From contig CM120641.1 in the NCBI GenBank assembly GCA_051362555.1, positions 34,044,401-34,108,400 on the forward strand: a stretch of DNA of 64,000 bases. The letters run 5' to 3'. Position 1 is the first letter of the stretch, and each line of letters opens with the position of its first letter. The position numbers were made by a program, and so were the translations under genes. This document shows, one piece after another, positions 1 through 14,328 of the stretch. The notes beneath the pieces are model-generated. The model was not told the DNA's origin. It saw nothing but the letters and a program-made list of their open reading frames with translations, and ran no database searches. Origin of the DNA: Lingula anatina. Lineage: Eukaryota; Animalia; Brachiopoda.

Positions 1-1345
1 GATGTCGTTTTTGAATGTATTTTCTTGACATAATGTTCTTTAGACAAAGAAGTGATGGCGTAAACTACCAGCCTGTCTTTTTTATTTTATGATTTCCAAA
101 ATACATACAAACAAACAAAAAACATATACAAATGCAAATACTTCCAGTTTTACATACACACGGTTAATTGAAGGCTCAAGCTTACTATTATGAACGTCAC
201 GAAAGTAAAACATTGGTTTATGAACATTCGGTGTAATTTAGTAACGTCGGCAAACATAAAATGTTATTCTACCGCAAGCCCACTGTGAATATTACACATA
301 ACAAAGTTTAAAGAGTTTTGATTGATTTCTGAGATGCATGCCGAGAAACGTGATGACTAGTTACATATTTGAGAACAGATTAAGCTTTTCAGAATGTGGG
401 CACCAAGGCAGTCGTACCTTGCGTGGCAATCATTAATGGATCCCCTTAGTTCTTCGTGCCTGTTTGCATTTTAGTAACCTTGTCAACGCGACTGGGCTGG
501 AACAGGCTGTTAACTAAAATAAATCGAAACCGTAGATGTCTGTTAAGTGTTTGGAATGGTTTTGACAGCCAGAAAGGCAAAGAAGATCGATTTATTTCGG
601 GAATCTGCGACAACTAAACGCAAATTTTAACACAAAAGAAATTGATTACTGTTCCTTTAATTCACATCGGCGGTAGATTTTAGATTAACTAATCGAATGG
701 CACACTGCGTGAAGTGGGTATATATTACTGGCGGCGCAAAATTGTATCCCACGTCAATTTCATAAACGATGACTCTGAGAGTAATATTATAACAGTAACG
801 GCACAATGATTACGGGGGATGCATTCTTCACATGCCATTTATTACTGAAAGTGCCTCCTCAAAGGACAAGTCCCAGGTGGGTGCGACGGTTACCGGGCCA
901 TCGGATCGATTTATTCATTCACATATAGGCAGTATGGATGTAAAACACAAACAGCACGCATCTTTACTGTGTTACGCCAGTCGGAATTGAAACACAGGAT
1001 GCCAATTCGTCTTTTATGCTTCGCCAGAACGACCGGACATTAAGTTGCTGGTGAATTGTAAAGGCACCTGGAGTACGCTTGGTGATTTGATAAGATTAAT
1101 AGGGTTAGGGATTTCTTTATCTGATGTCCCGTTGATCAAATTAGGACCACGATTTCCCTTGAATTGACTGTGCCATCATACATTTGTTGCATGAATATCA
1201 AGGAAAAAGGCAAGTTGGGATTTTTTTATGATGAAAGACAAGGAAAGTCTTTTTTTCCGCAATCTTCGTTATCATTACCTCTAATCATCGAGTCTCTAAG
1301 TCCCAAAGCAGCAAAGAAATGAAGTCAACTATTGAATGAGACACC

Positions 1346-4300
1346 ATGTTGAATAATTTGTATTTAGTTCTGAGCTCATTTTTTCTCGTTTTTTGTGCAA
1401 CCGTATGTATCTACATAGCTTCATTCACGGATTACTGGGAAATTATAACATACGACAACGGAGTCTTCATAGCAAAAAATGCGACAAGCTATATAGTAGA
1501 AATCCATGAGGAATACACTAAAATTACGGATACTTCTGGGGCCTACCCGAACAATGGAACAGTAAGCTACGTTTATCCCCGACATGGAGGAATCTGGAAA
1601 CTCTGTGATACTTTGTCCGGTAAGTATCTATTCAGGGTTTCTCTATTCATTAATTGATTTATCTATATATTGAATAATTAATTAATTTATTTTTTGTATT
1701 TTTAAAGTATGATTTACTAAAATAGTTAATCACTAAGTAACGACCATGTTTTATCTATGCAGTCAAGCAGCTCGTTGTTTTCATCTCTAATATACTGAGA
1801 TTTGTAAACCGTTTAGACATTTCTAGGTATATATTTATTGTAAAGATTAAAAGTTAAAAGTATTCCGAGATATTTGACAGATAAATAAGTTAAGAAGGTG
1901 TAAGAATTTGGGTAGGATTACAGCGTTGTGGAAGGGTATATAGTTCTAGTGAATTGTATATATACATACATACATGCATGTGCATATTGATCTGTCAAGA
2001 CGTGCATATGCAAAGATACTTTCGCCTGAAACATGCAATTATATTATTTTTTGAAAATGCAAAATAGACTGAAACTCGAAGCACTATCGTTTATGCTACA
2101 GTACAACCCAATAACAGTAGGTTCCGCTGCAATTAAATGATCGATAACAACTGTATTAAGGTCGACATGAAGGCGGACGATATTTTAGCAAATGTATTTC
2201 CATGGGAATACATTTCCAATAGGTTTACTTTAACGTTAAAGTCCGTAACCTGTTGGTTATTGCAAACGCTTCTTTTATTCATAGTCTTATGAGAAAAGAA
2301 GCTTCATAAACCGGACTATACTAGAGACTGACTGCATGTGCTCTTTCTTGAAAATGATTTAAATCTTTTTAAAAGAATATTTGTGTCTCTTTTACATCAA
2401 TGTGCTCTAGTTTTTTTGTTTTTTTTTTTTGGGGGGGGGGGGCGTATTCGAAAATGTACACATTTCAACAACATTTCAGCAAATACTCACATACTCAACA
2501 TGGATACCGGTTGACATTCAGTCGAATAATATGTCGCTGTTTGTCAAAGAAGAAGGGGAATAGGGTAATGTTCAACAGAACTATTTCCTGTTAAATTACA
2601 AATGTTTCTGCTTCCTAGACATGTGAACACCATGACACCAACTGTCACAGCTACTGTAGTTCTGTTTATTCCAGATATCAATCCTGCAACTCATCTTACA
2701 AAGCGATGGAACACCTTTGGAACCAACTTTCCGGAAGGAAAAAAATATCACCAGGCTTAAATTGGCCTTTGTTTTAAGAAATCAAACAATTAACCGTCTT
2801 TAAGCCATCTTACTATAAGATCAATTTTGTGAAACTCAAAAATTGCAAGATTAAAGTTATCAGCCTGTTGGCGAAAAGACGCAATCTGATAAGTTATCGG
2901 TATAAGAACATCAAAAATGTACAGTATTGTCTATGAACTTTTCATACATAATGAAAGTTGAACCAATTTTAGAGAGAAGAAATAATAACGCACACATTGC
3001 CGTCAATGAAACTCAAATAAAAAAACGGGTTGCTAGTATTTGGCTTAAAATCTAAGTACTTATATGTACACACTCTGCACTTGTAATCGATAAGTGTATT
3101 GTTGTTGAGTGAAAAGTGATGTAGTGTTAGGCAACGAGTTATTTCCTATTGTTTTGGTGCACATATACAATGGGTCTTGAAGCAGTCTAAAATTCAGGTC
3201 TCAAAGCTTAAACAGAACTAAATAAAACATGTTGTAAATGGATTCCCCCATAGGGTTTAAAATCCAAGGATCAATATTCACTGGAAGCGTATCGCTTGAC
3301 TGAAAAATAGCTGATACCCCGTTTGGAAAACATGCTTGTTTCTTCGATTAGTCTGGTGCATAATTTGTTCAGCGCTTCCATGCTTGCGGCACACGGCTTA
3401 ACGCTTCATTTAGAAAGTCAAGGAGACATTAACTTTTCATGGAAGTCGTTACAGATTTGTGTTTATGAGATAATACAGCTTATGTCAATGCTTTGCTGAA
3501 CACTGTTGCTGCTAGTGTCTTATGCTTTCGCGTTTTGCAACTGCAACGCATTTGCAAGCAAAGCAATGCGCGGAAACGCATTAAAGCCCCTTCGACATAA
3601 ACCAGTTATAGCTACATAAAAAAAAACTTTTATGAATATTGATTAATATATGATAAAATGAAATAAATAAAAATAACAGCCTCTATTTTATTGCATCAAC
3701 CTGCACCACTTTTGTTAAAATAGACGGTTTTTCTACGAGAAATATTCTGATAAGGCAGTTTATGGACGTTTTGTCGATACTTGTAGATTTGGACGCCAGA
3801 GGACGTGATTACGACATGGTCTGTGTTGTCATATATGCCCTGCTACCAAGGCGTTTAAGAAATATACCCCTGTATTGAAAAATGCATACTACATTATGCA
3901 CCATTAAGTTATAACACCTGCGTATTTCATGTGGCCGTTTTATTTATTTTTTTTTTGCTAGTCTACATGATAACCAAGGGCATTCCTGCCGTGACGATTT
4001 CTCTGGTCCATTGTGGCGCAACAAATATGGGTCCAGGTGGCAGGTGGGGAGGGGTTGGAAGGGGGTACTTCAAAATATAAACCTCTTTTAATACCATGGC
4101 GATCAGAAAAGTACAAAATAATTGAAACGATAAGATAAGATTACAATAGACAAAGCTGTCCGTTCGATACGAAATTTATACTATTACACTGTACACCATT
4201 TTAATATTTTAAGACTTATAAATATTTTGGCATAAGTCTATCAAAATGCCGTGTGTTTAGTTGATAGGGGAAAAAAACAGTCGGAGGTGGCGTGATGGTA

Positions 4301-6118
4301 CATGTTTGTCTGCAAGAATGTGTTATATCGCATGCTTTTATACATGTATGTGTGTTTTGCAGGAAGGGGTCATATGGCGTAAAATAACTGGCATTGGGTG
4401 TCTGTTGGTATTAAGTAAACACGAAATAGAAAAAAAAGGTGGTAGCAGATCCTGTTAAAAAAGGCAGGAAATCTTAACTAAGTTGTCGTGTACAAAACAC
4501 GTGGTGACTGGCAAAATTTTTAGCTTAGTTCCTTAGTAATAAAAATGTAGAATTAAAATAAGATAACTTTGAGATCTTAGACTGCATTCAGATTCTCACA
4601 TCGTACTAGCTGTGTCGGTCCAACTCTGCGGGGATTTTCACTAAAGTGCAATCAGTGGGATCAGCTTAATTAATTAGATTATGGCTCGTATAGGTGAAAT
4701 ATAGTTCGGTGTAGTATTCCGCAGAACCCGAACGAAATTAAAAGAAACATTCTGACAAACGCGCTAGTTTTTTTGACTGAAGCAACGAAAAGGTAAAGTT
4801 AATAGTTAGACAAGTGTCGCAAACGCAGTGAAAATCCGTTTAGCCAATGTTTTCTTCCCTAACAGTTGAACTTAAGACTGAATACCAAAAGCGATAGGCT
4901 GCAGCATGGATGGTCCTTACCACTAAGCAGTTTGTTTTGACACCAATAATTCGGGGATATGCACTTGTTAACGGCACAGACAGATTATGCCACTTTGTAT
5001 TGATCTTCTATATGATAATTTGTTCCAGATGCTACTATTGCAGAAATATGGGGTAATACCACCCATACAAGATGCTTGCAGCTAACCGACCTTGATTCTT
5101 CAAACGTTAGTAGTGAGGTTGAATGGCTTATGCGTACGTATTTTAAAATTTCATCTTATTGGCTATATTTTATTAGGCCTATCTCTATCGCGCAAGGATG
5201 AGAGTTTTAATGCGATTCTCCACTTAAAAAGATCTGCATCCTTGGACGGATTCTACAAAATGAAATATTGGGAGGGGTTGGGTTTACAAATCTACTGAAA
5301 CTAATTGATAAGCTCTTCAGAATTAGCAATAAAATGGACTGTAACGTAATAGATGTGGGGCCTATTTTAGAAGATTAATCATATATGTTAGGGATCTACT
5401 TCCAGGTTTTAACATACATGTATACCTTTTCGTATAATTCAGGTATGCAAAACTCCTCTGCATCTTCCATAATAACTGCGTTGATAGTGATGGTTGCTGC
5501 GGTGGTGACAGGTATACTTGGGATTGCCTGCAGACAGGTTTCCTGTGTCACAGTCACGGGGATTATGTATGCCATTGCCGGTAGGTGGCCTAATGCCATT
5601 TTAAGTGGAAACCATCCCTGTTCTCTTTACATTTTACCAATAATTTTTCACAATGCCACAGGTGTATCAAAGGGGAAAGGGGGTTCGCGCCAACTAAATT
5701 CCAAAAACAAAACAAAAATTACCAAGATGACGGTTCTTCTTGCTGATGGCGTGGAACCGCCAGAATGTTCAAAACAAAATGACTGTCTCAACTACATACA
5801 TAGGCCCTATATAGAAGCAGTTTCTGATTTTATCTATTCTAAACTAAATAAGAACACTTTTCTGTTTCTATTTTAGCTGTTTTCATTTGCCTGGCATTAG
5901 CAGTTTATCATGCAAAACTGAATAACGAAAACCCGCCATCGTGCAGCGACGTGACGCAGACGATTTCAGCAGACATTTGCAGTGCGCGTCACGTGACGCA
6001 TAGCTGGTCCATTATTCTGGCCTGGATAAGTTTTACATTTAACATATTGGCTTCGGGTTGGTGGCTATACCTATCACGAGTTATAAGGATGGAGCTTATG
6101 AAGACAGTTAACATGTGA
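1346..6118 (+). CDS. Claudin/PMP22/TMEM178-like four-TM membrane protein (4 exons: 1346-1619, 5029-5133, 5443-5580, 5877-6118)
   Basis: Phase-consistent GT-AG junctions join an open frame. N-terminal TM ending in FTDYW, then the 'GIWKLC...C' claudin-superfamily W-GLW-C-C signature, then three more hydrophobic helices (SSIITALIVMVAAVV..., VTGIMYAIAAVFICLALAVY, HSWSIILAWISFTFNILASGWWLYL). Stop TGA at 6116-6118. Confidence 0.85.
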
Positions 6119-8382
6119 AATATATCACTATGTACATATTTCAATGCTATTGGATTGTTTAACAGTTCACAACAACGGCAATGAAATAAGGTGTGAACCG
6201 ATATTGATATGAGGCAGTTTACGACGATAAAATTATATATATTTGAAATATGGTTGTTGGCCCAATGTCAGACCGAAGCAGAATTTAAAACATGGACTAA
6301 TATTGTTTACATTTTCCGATATGGCCCAAGCCAGGCAGCAGATGCCTAGTTTTGCGATTTTTAACTGGAACAGTTGCACCAGGTGATAGGCCTAAACAGT
6401 TTCTGAGCCGTGGATGCAGTACTCTTCATTTCATTGTTGATACATTTTTTCTTTCTAACTCAGGTATTTCTTTTATATCAAATTATGATCACAAACATAA
6501 AGTGTTATACTTTCAATATAGAAAACCTTCTGGAAGAATATGAAAATACTCATGATACTGGTACATATATTGGACTGAACATTTTATCATAGACGTGATG
6601 CAATTTACCATATAGCCTAGTGTGTCGGACTCTTTGTTGATTGGGAGCCCAGAGCAAGGAATGGAGTTTGAGGGTAGTTTATTTACAGAATGTTGGACAT
6701 TCAGAGACTATAGAAAATGTTACAGATGAAGTACATTCCTAAAGGAAAAATTATGATCCATCAAGACTTGCGAAGAAGTTCTGTTAATGATGTGGTAGAT
6801 GCACCGTCAATTTCACAGTGTTCCCAAACACAATCGTCGCAACTGGTTCATCGACAATCACATGAAGGATTTAATTTTAGTCAAATAATATTTACATGCT
6901 AATGTGCATTCTGCTTTGTCAGCTTTAAATAGTCTATATTTATACTTGAGGACTTGAGAAATGAATTGAAAAACTGGAAATCAATTTAAGCTACGGTACG
7001 GAAACGGAGCTAAGTATGATTCATAAACTGGCTGCTATGTTTAATACAAAGGCCTATAAATTAAACATTTTGTTCGATCATATAGTAGTGTCATTTAGCT
7101 TTACGTGTTTATATTTTTTGGCTGTCTTTGCAACTTCTGATACTACTTTTATTTATGTTTACGTAACTAAAAGCATATTAATATTGTAGCCAGATTTGAC
7201 CATTTAAATTAAAGGAAGCAATGTTTTAACATCATTATAATTAAAATTATTATAATTAATATTATAATTAAAATTCCTATTCTATTAATGAGAATCATCC
7301 GAGAAAGTCCAAATTCTTGCAAATTATCGTAAAAATAGACGAAGTCTTGGAAAAGCAGAGAGGGTTCATAAAAATGGCAGACGCAGACTAGCAGGTGCGT
7401 TGTAGCAATGTAATACCATTCCACCCTCAGTAGTTCCCTGCGCCAGAGGTCACACCCTGCACCACACCTGTCCCTGATCCTGGCAAAAAAAGCGCTATAG
7501 TTTACACCCTATCTTGCTAGTTGACATTAAAATTGACCAAGCACCATACTGGAAATATCAGGAAAAAACTATTTTTCAGAGAACTATATTTGTCTTCCTT
7601 TCTTATTTTTCAATGCTTATTTTATTTTCTTACTTTTATTCCCACTCCCAGCTCACTGCTATGCTGACTTACACTTGGTCTGGTCTACACCTAGGCTACT
7701 CCTGGCGACTTTGTGTCTGTCGGCACCGAAGATTGCTTCGTAACCCAACAACGAGGAGACAATGACCACTCCATTACCTGGTGTATATACCTGTACTCTT
7801 TATTTTGAATTTTAAATATTTCAAACACACGCAAATAAAAAATGGAGAGTCAACGTCCGAAATGAACCCGAGTCATTTGGTTTTGAAATACAACGCCGTT
7901 ACCTCCCGTGCCATCAACGACTTCACGATGACGATAGCGTATGATGGTGTGTTTACCTGTACTCACTATCCCCTCACAGATAATCCAAAGTCTCCTAAAC
8001 ATCAGTCGCTTTTTAGATGGTAGAGATGTAGAGTGGTTATACTCTTTTTTTATGAAGATAAATGAAAACAACACCACTTTGAACTGCATCACCAACTACC
8101 TGAACTGACTTCTTAAAACATAATTTACATAGATGTTTTTGACGATCGATCAATGCTTATTAAATAAATTAAATGTCATGTATTATAGGCCAAAAACATG
8201 TATCGATCTAAATCGCTTTGTAAAGTAAAAATGAATGAATAAATAAAACTGTGTAAACTGAAGCAGACCAAGTTAAATGGGGGATCATAAATTGTTTCTT
8301 TGCAGGTTTGAAATATTCATCAATGCATTGTTTTATCTCGATATGACTCTCCTGTCTACACATTATTTTCATCTGTTCTTTG

Positions 8383-8654
8383 CAGGGGTGGATACAGGAT
8401 TATTTGAAAGGGGGTGGGGGGTCAGCGGATGTGAAGCCGGCCCTCCCCCCACCCTTGGCGTGGGTGCGCCCCCCCCCCCAAAAAAAAAAGGTATTTTTGA
8501 GGGTGAACGGTGCCATTTAGTACGGTTTCGAACTATGATTCAGTTAGACAAAATTCTAATTTCAAGAGGCGACAATTGGTGTGATTTATTTCAGAAATCG
8601 AAGGGACGGTCAGGACCATCCCTCCCCCCCTCCCCCCCCCCATATCCGCCACTG
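8383..8654. mobile_element. hAT-like MITE (CAGGGGTGGAT...ATCCGCCACTG family)
   Basis: Short imperfect terminal inverted repeats, G/C runs, and an internal 'ggtgccatttagtacggtttcgaactatgattcag' core. The core is shared with copies at ~17122-17366, ~20635-20870 and a fragment at ~29590-29670. No clear TSD. Confidence 0.6.
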
Positions 8655-8835
8655 CTGTGATCTCAATTTTCGGTAAGCTAGATGTACCAATAGAGGGTAT
8701 TCCATCACAATGAGATGTAGCGGGTTACTGAGGTTAAATTAGATAAATAGTGGTTGACTTTATTGATAATGAACAGATAGCAGCGCGCAAGTACATGCGT
8801 CCATGTAGCACTGTGTAAATAATCAGTAACGTATA

Positions 8836-10499
8836 CAGCATTGGTCAAAAAGGTTGTCCCACTCCCATTTCCATGTACTTTTATTTACAAATGATCACCT
8901 CACAGCTGTGAACTGTTAGAAATAGTGCTTTTTATTACGGATACCGTGTCTGACATAATTAATGGTTAAAAAAATACAAAATAGTGGTGAAAATATACAC
9001 ATTTTATACCATTTAGTAAAATTTATAAGAGGTACCCCCTCAAATCGACTGTTTCACTGTGACTTCTACAGATGTAAAGAAATGTCTATAAAATTGAAAA
9101 GACGCAATCAAATGTCACCAAATTCACACACAATTAGCATTAGGGTGTGCTCGTTAAAGATCACGTGCCTAACAGCGTGTGCGTCTACCGCGTACTGCAA
9201 TAATCTCCTGTAGACGGCGCGACAAGCCTTCAACATGGGTAACAATTCTGTTATGTTCGATATTGTCCCATTCATCCTAAAGAGCGTGGCGGAATTGGTC
9301 AAGATTATTTAGGAATTGGTTCTCCTCTGCAATGCACATTCCAATTTATGCCACAGGTGCTCAGTAGGATTAATATCAGGACTCAAAGACGGTTGTCCCA
9401 TCCTCAGAGCCCTGTGTTTCTGCTACAAATCGTTTGCCAGACGAGGGCTGTGAGCAAGTGCGTTGTCACAATGAAGCCAGTAGCATCCCTGAAGTCACCT
9501 CTTGCAAATGGAGTGAGATTTCTGTGGAGAATGTTACATTAAAATGCCCCTGTTACGTTTTGTTCCAAAAGGAACAATGTACTAATACCATGGGCTTGGA
9601 ATGTTCTCCAAATGCAGATTGATCTAACACCTCAGGCGATGTTACCCTACACACACCCTTCCAAGAGGCATTTTTTAACATGTCTATGGACCCTCTTTGA
9701 CCATCGATGGGACACAAGAAATAATTTGATTCTGCATCAAAGTCGACTTCCTTCCAGTGATGGATGGCCAGGTTCAGGTGCCTGTGGGATCACTGAATGT
9801 AGCATTCGCAGCTGATATCTCATTCCATCTTCAAGAACTGACTTTGGGGTTAACTCCAGGCTTTATCATGACTGCACACTTGCTCACACCTCTCGCCTGG
9901 TAAGAGTTTGTTGAAGAAACACAATGGTCTAAGGATGGAACCACCATCTTTGAGCCCTGATATTAAACTTACCAATCAACTGTGACATGAATTGGAGTGT
10001 GCAATGCAAAGGGGAACCAACCCCATAAAACCGTGGACCAACTCCCCCAACTTGTTTAAGAAGAATGGGACAATATCCCACAAAACAGAATTGTAACCTG
10101 TGTTGAAGGCTTGTCGCGCCGTCTACAGGAGATAATTGCAGTACGCGGTAGACGCACACGCTGTTAGGCACGTGATCTTTAACGAGCAACCCTAATGCTA
10201 AATGTGTATGAATTTGGTGACATTTGATGGTGTCTTTTAAATTTTATAGACATTTCTTTACATCTGTAGAAGTCACAGTGAAACAGTCGATTTGAGGGGG
10301 TACCTCTTATAAATTTTACTAAATGTTATAAAATATGTATATTTTCACCACTATTTTGTATTTTTTTAACCATTAATCATGTCAGACACGGTATCCGTAA
10401 TAAAAAGCACTATTTCTAACAATTTACAGCTGTAAGGTGATCATTTAAAAATAAAAGTACATGGAAATGGGGGTGGGACAACCTTTTTGACCAATGTTG
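8836..10499. mobile_element. Degenerate Tc1/mariner element with foldback structure (~650-bp inverted arms)
   Basis: TA|CAGCATTGGTCAAAAAGGTTGTCCCAC ... GTGGGACAACCTTTTTGACCAATGTTG|TA. Transposase remnants on the minus strand (FHCDNALAH, PSLSPDINPTEHLW) and on the plus strand (PSLSPDI...EEWDNIPQNRI...SRRLQEIIAVRGRRTRC*), with stops and frameshifts. Confidence 0.9.
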
Positions 10500-11646
10500 T
10501 ATATTGGTTAATTATTGTTTTGCTTCTAATATAGAAGCGCCCCTGTGTCGTTTTTCTTAACAGGGTAAAATCAAATGAGAAGAAATATTTACGATTTAGA
10601 TATAATGTTTATTTGCGAGTTTCAAAGGGTGCACTGCACTTACTGACATAGATTTCTCGTGGACATGTATAAGGGGAGCTTAGTTAAAGAATTTCTATAT
10701 ATACGGACTTTTCGCGCAAAATCTAATTTTTCTTTGATAGAAAAAGTAATTATTGCCTTATCCATTTCTTTACTTGAATTCCATGTTTGTACTATTTGTA
10801 ATCAAACAATTTTCTCTAAAAAAAATCATTATTATCTAAATTACACCATCATATTTTCCTGAGATTTCAGAAGTCATGAACTTTTATTTGCGGATGAGGG
10901 TCTGAATTGGAAAAGCTAAAAGCTTTGCAGGTTAATTATACAAATATGACTTTGGGACAATTCTAAACGCATATACACTGTAGTATAAGTTGTCAAATTA
11001 ATCCTTTTCACTGTAACTCATATATGTTCAGATGTTACAAATAAATATGTTACTAGTTCACGAACAGCACATACACTGTAGCCATTGTTTTAAGTCCGAT
11101 ACCAACAAAATCAAAACCTAATTGCAATGGGTAATGTACATGTAATTTATATACCACCAAAAGATGTTTTCTAACTTTTTGAACACGTGGGTATTAGAAG
11201 GTGAAGAGCCCAACGCACCAGAAATTGAGTTCAACACGATTTATTCGACTTCCAGATTTAAAAAAATTTCTTCCATATTATGTTCGTCCGTTTCATTTCG
11301 CAGTGATGACCTTGGCTGAATGCCTGCTTTTGTTTATGTGCACTCAACCTGACAACGGAAATCTGATTTCTGAGGACATCGAAGGATCACACGATGTTGA
11401 CTGTTTTTTCATCATTTGGCGAAGGGCTTTTTTGCCAAGGGCTGTATCGTATAAAAATGAATGAGAAAAAAAACTAACATAAAAGCACCACTGCGTACGT
11501 ACGGTTCAAATTAATTGAAAATCGTACCTATTAGTAACGCCACTTTTGCACCCGCCCCTTGACTTGCCCGGATTTTGCACAAACATACTTACATGTAAGG
11601 TGATAATCCACGATAACTCCCCAGTCCCTAGAAAAAGTTCAACAAG

Positions 11647-14095
11647 ATGGCTGTCGAAGTTGCGAGATGGGTGCTTGGTTGTCTCTTTCTGTTTCATTTG
11701 GCGAATGCCTATGAACAGTTAGTGGTTACTGACTGCTGTAAGTTTGTTTTGTTGACCAAATATTTTAGTCAATGTTGTGTAGTCGGTAGTAAACTACTTG
11801 CACTGAACATATATTAGGTGAAATTAGTTCAGTTGTTACTGTAGGTCGTTCACGAGTAGATACATGTACACTGTAAGTAAATCAAGTGATTGTGTGAATA
11901 GGCATCAACTATTCTTAATGTTTAGTTAAAATCTTGATCTCAGAGGGATAACAACTTTTCGTTTTGGTAAGAAAAGTTACTAATGGTTAATGAATCCATT
12001 TCGACATTCAAAGTCAGTCCTTTTTTTCTAAAAAGTTTTTTCTTAAGAGTCTTTGAAGGTCCACGTGGTCTGAAGGAAAGCTCAAATTCAGAATAATTTT
12101 GGTGATAAAATGGAGTTTATAATATTTCTATGAGTTATTTACACTGTATTTATTTTGAAACATGAATCTCATAAAAACAACTGTTATCCCTTTGATGAAC
12201 ACCATGGCCATGCTGTCTTTTTGATTTGATATTTTCTCCAGCTGTGAAATATGTTTAATTTTACCAGCTAAAAATGCGAACCATCCTTTGAAGTTGGTAA
12301 ATGTGGACTTCAGTCCGATGCCAATAAGTATGCCAGGCACGATGAGAGTGTCCTTCAATGCCAAGGCGTTAAGAGACCTCACCTCCTCTAAAATAAGCCT
12401 TTCAATATACCGGGAAACCTGGCTTATGAACATCCCTGTACCGTGTATTAGGAATATCGGTTCTTGGTGAGTCTATCTTTATTTATTTTCTTTTCTTTCT
12501 GTTTCATAGAAACACCTACCGATTTTCATAAATTTGTTTTTTATTCCAATGAAGAGCCTTGAAACATTTTCTGCTGGTAGATTTCCTACTTAATTGACAT
12601 ATTGAAGAATAATCCAACAAAATTGTTTCGTTGAATGCGTCCAGCGACTATGACGACTCGTGTGTCGTTTTGGAACAAATGATAGAAGAAGACTGGCTGG
12701 GCATTAGTAAAATGATGGGTCAACAGATAAAGAAAATGGTAGAAGACGCAGGAAAGTCAACTGCCTGTCCGTTGCGTGCCACAGATATAGAAGTTCGTGA
12801 CTTTGAGTTTCGTCTTCCACATATTCCAAAGCCATTGCTTTTCTTGGCAGGGGTAAGTTGAAATTGCGTATTTTTCATTTTAGGATCTATATCTATGTAT
12901 CGATAGTATAATAATGATTATTTGAATAAATTTATTCTAGGGAGTCTGCGATGCAGGCCTTATCTTTTTGTTTGATGTCGGAAATATTGAATTGAAGTAA
13001 GGCCCGCCTGTATATATGACATGTAGAGAAAATATTGTGCAAAATAGAGGACAGCGACTATTGGCAATGTGTCAGAGTGATCTGGTACTCAGAATGGGAC
13101 GGCGAAAGTAGAACAATGCAAATCAAAACAAATCCAGTTCAACACTACATATTTTTTTCTAAATTACCGACAGCAACATTATAGATAAAATTCGCATTCA
13201 TCATATGACAAACCGCTCAGATCAGAAACGGAAATGAAATATACAAACGATATTCATAGATCAACTTGTATATCCACTCAGTTGCATATAATTAAAAATT
13301 TTGATGACAGTAGGCCTATGATATCATTACCTTCCCGGATATACCGTAGGCCTACATGTAGTTAGTAGCTTAAGAACTTAAAAAATTGTTCTTTATCTAA
13401 TAATCTCTCTCTATATACATGTATATCAATAATAAAATGAATAAATAAAACTTATAATAGAACAAATAAATAAAAAATATATTAAAAATGGTAATGATAA
13501 TAATTCTAAATCAAAACGTACGTTTTAGAATATATTAAAGGAAAAATAAATATTTTTCTATTTATCTGTTCGAAAGAACAATATGGAACATCAGGATTTC
13601 AAAGTGCAATTGTACAGTTCTACATGCATTTAGTCTATCTTTCTTCTTGATAACAAGGTGCCTGCATATCATAGAGATAACAAGACTATTTGAAGTTGAG
13701 ACCAGCTAAGCTGATTCCAAACTCACACTTAATTCTGTTGGCTACTTAATTAATTTCCTTTGGGAATATCAAAAGAGATTAAGATAAAGACGAGTGATTT
13801 GGAATTACCTTCTTTGTCTTAATTTCTCGAACCACATACGGAAAGATAAACTGGCCTCAACTGAATTACAGTATATCTACAAGAAAGTACCGTACAGAAC
13901 ATCCTATGCTGACGATGAATTTGCATTACAGCAAGATGGCAATGTTAAATGCACTTGCGTATCAATATCTTTTAATACAATCTTACACATCCTTTTTTAT
14001 TTCCACAGGGCGACTACAAAGTGCGCGTGATTGTCACCGAGAATGCAAGTGGCGAGGAACTGATGTGCACCGATTTGAAAATGTCGCTAAATTGA
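11647..14095 (+). CDS. GM2A: Ganglioside GM2 activator-like (ML/MD-2 lipid-recognition domain) protein, 4 exons: 11647-11737, 12268-12466, 12645-12852, 14009-14095
   Basis: Signal peptide (MAVEVARWVLGCLFLFHLANA), 'FSPMPISMPG', 'IPVPCIRNIGSCDYDDSC', 'ACPL', 'LFLAGGDYKVRV...ELMC' match the GM2AP cysteine pattern. Intron phases are consistent. Confidence 0.88.
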
Positions 14096-14328
14096 TCCCA
14101 ACAGCAGCAGATTTCCGATTGACCAAGGCAGTGCGTGCATTCTTTGTTCAATTTGAATGTAACCACACTGCTCCCGAACACTTTGTTATCTTCACCGTGT
14201 ATATTTAGTGATCCAAAGTGATTTGTCAATTAGAACTATTTTTTTTTATTTAAAAGTCAATTTCTTTTTGCATTTGTGATTAAAACATGGACGATAACAC
14301 TTGTTTTGAGACTTAATTTGGGAGACAA

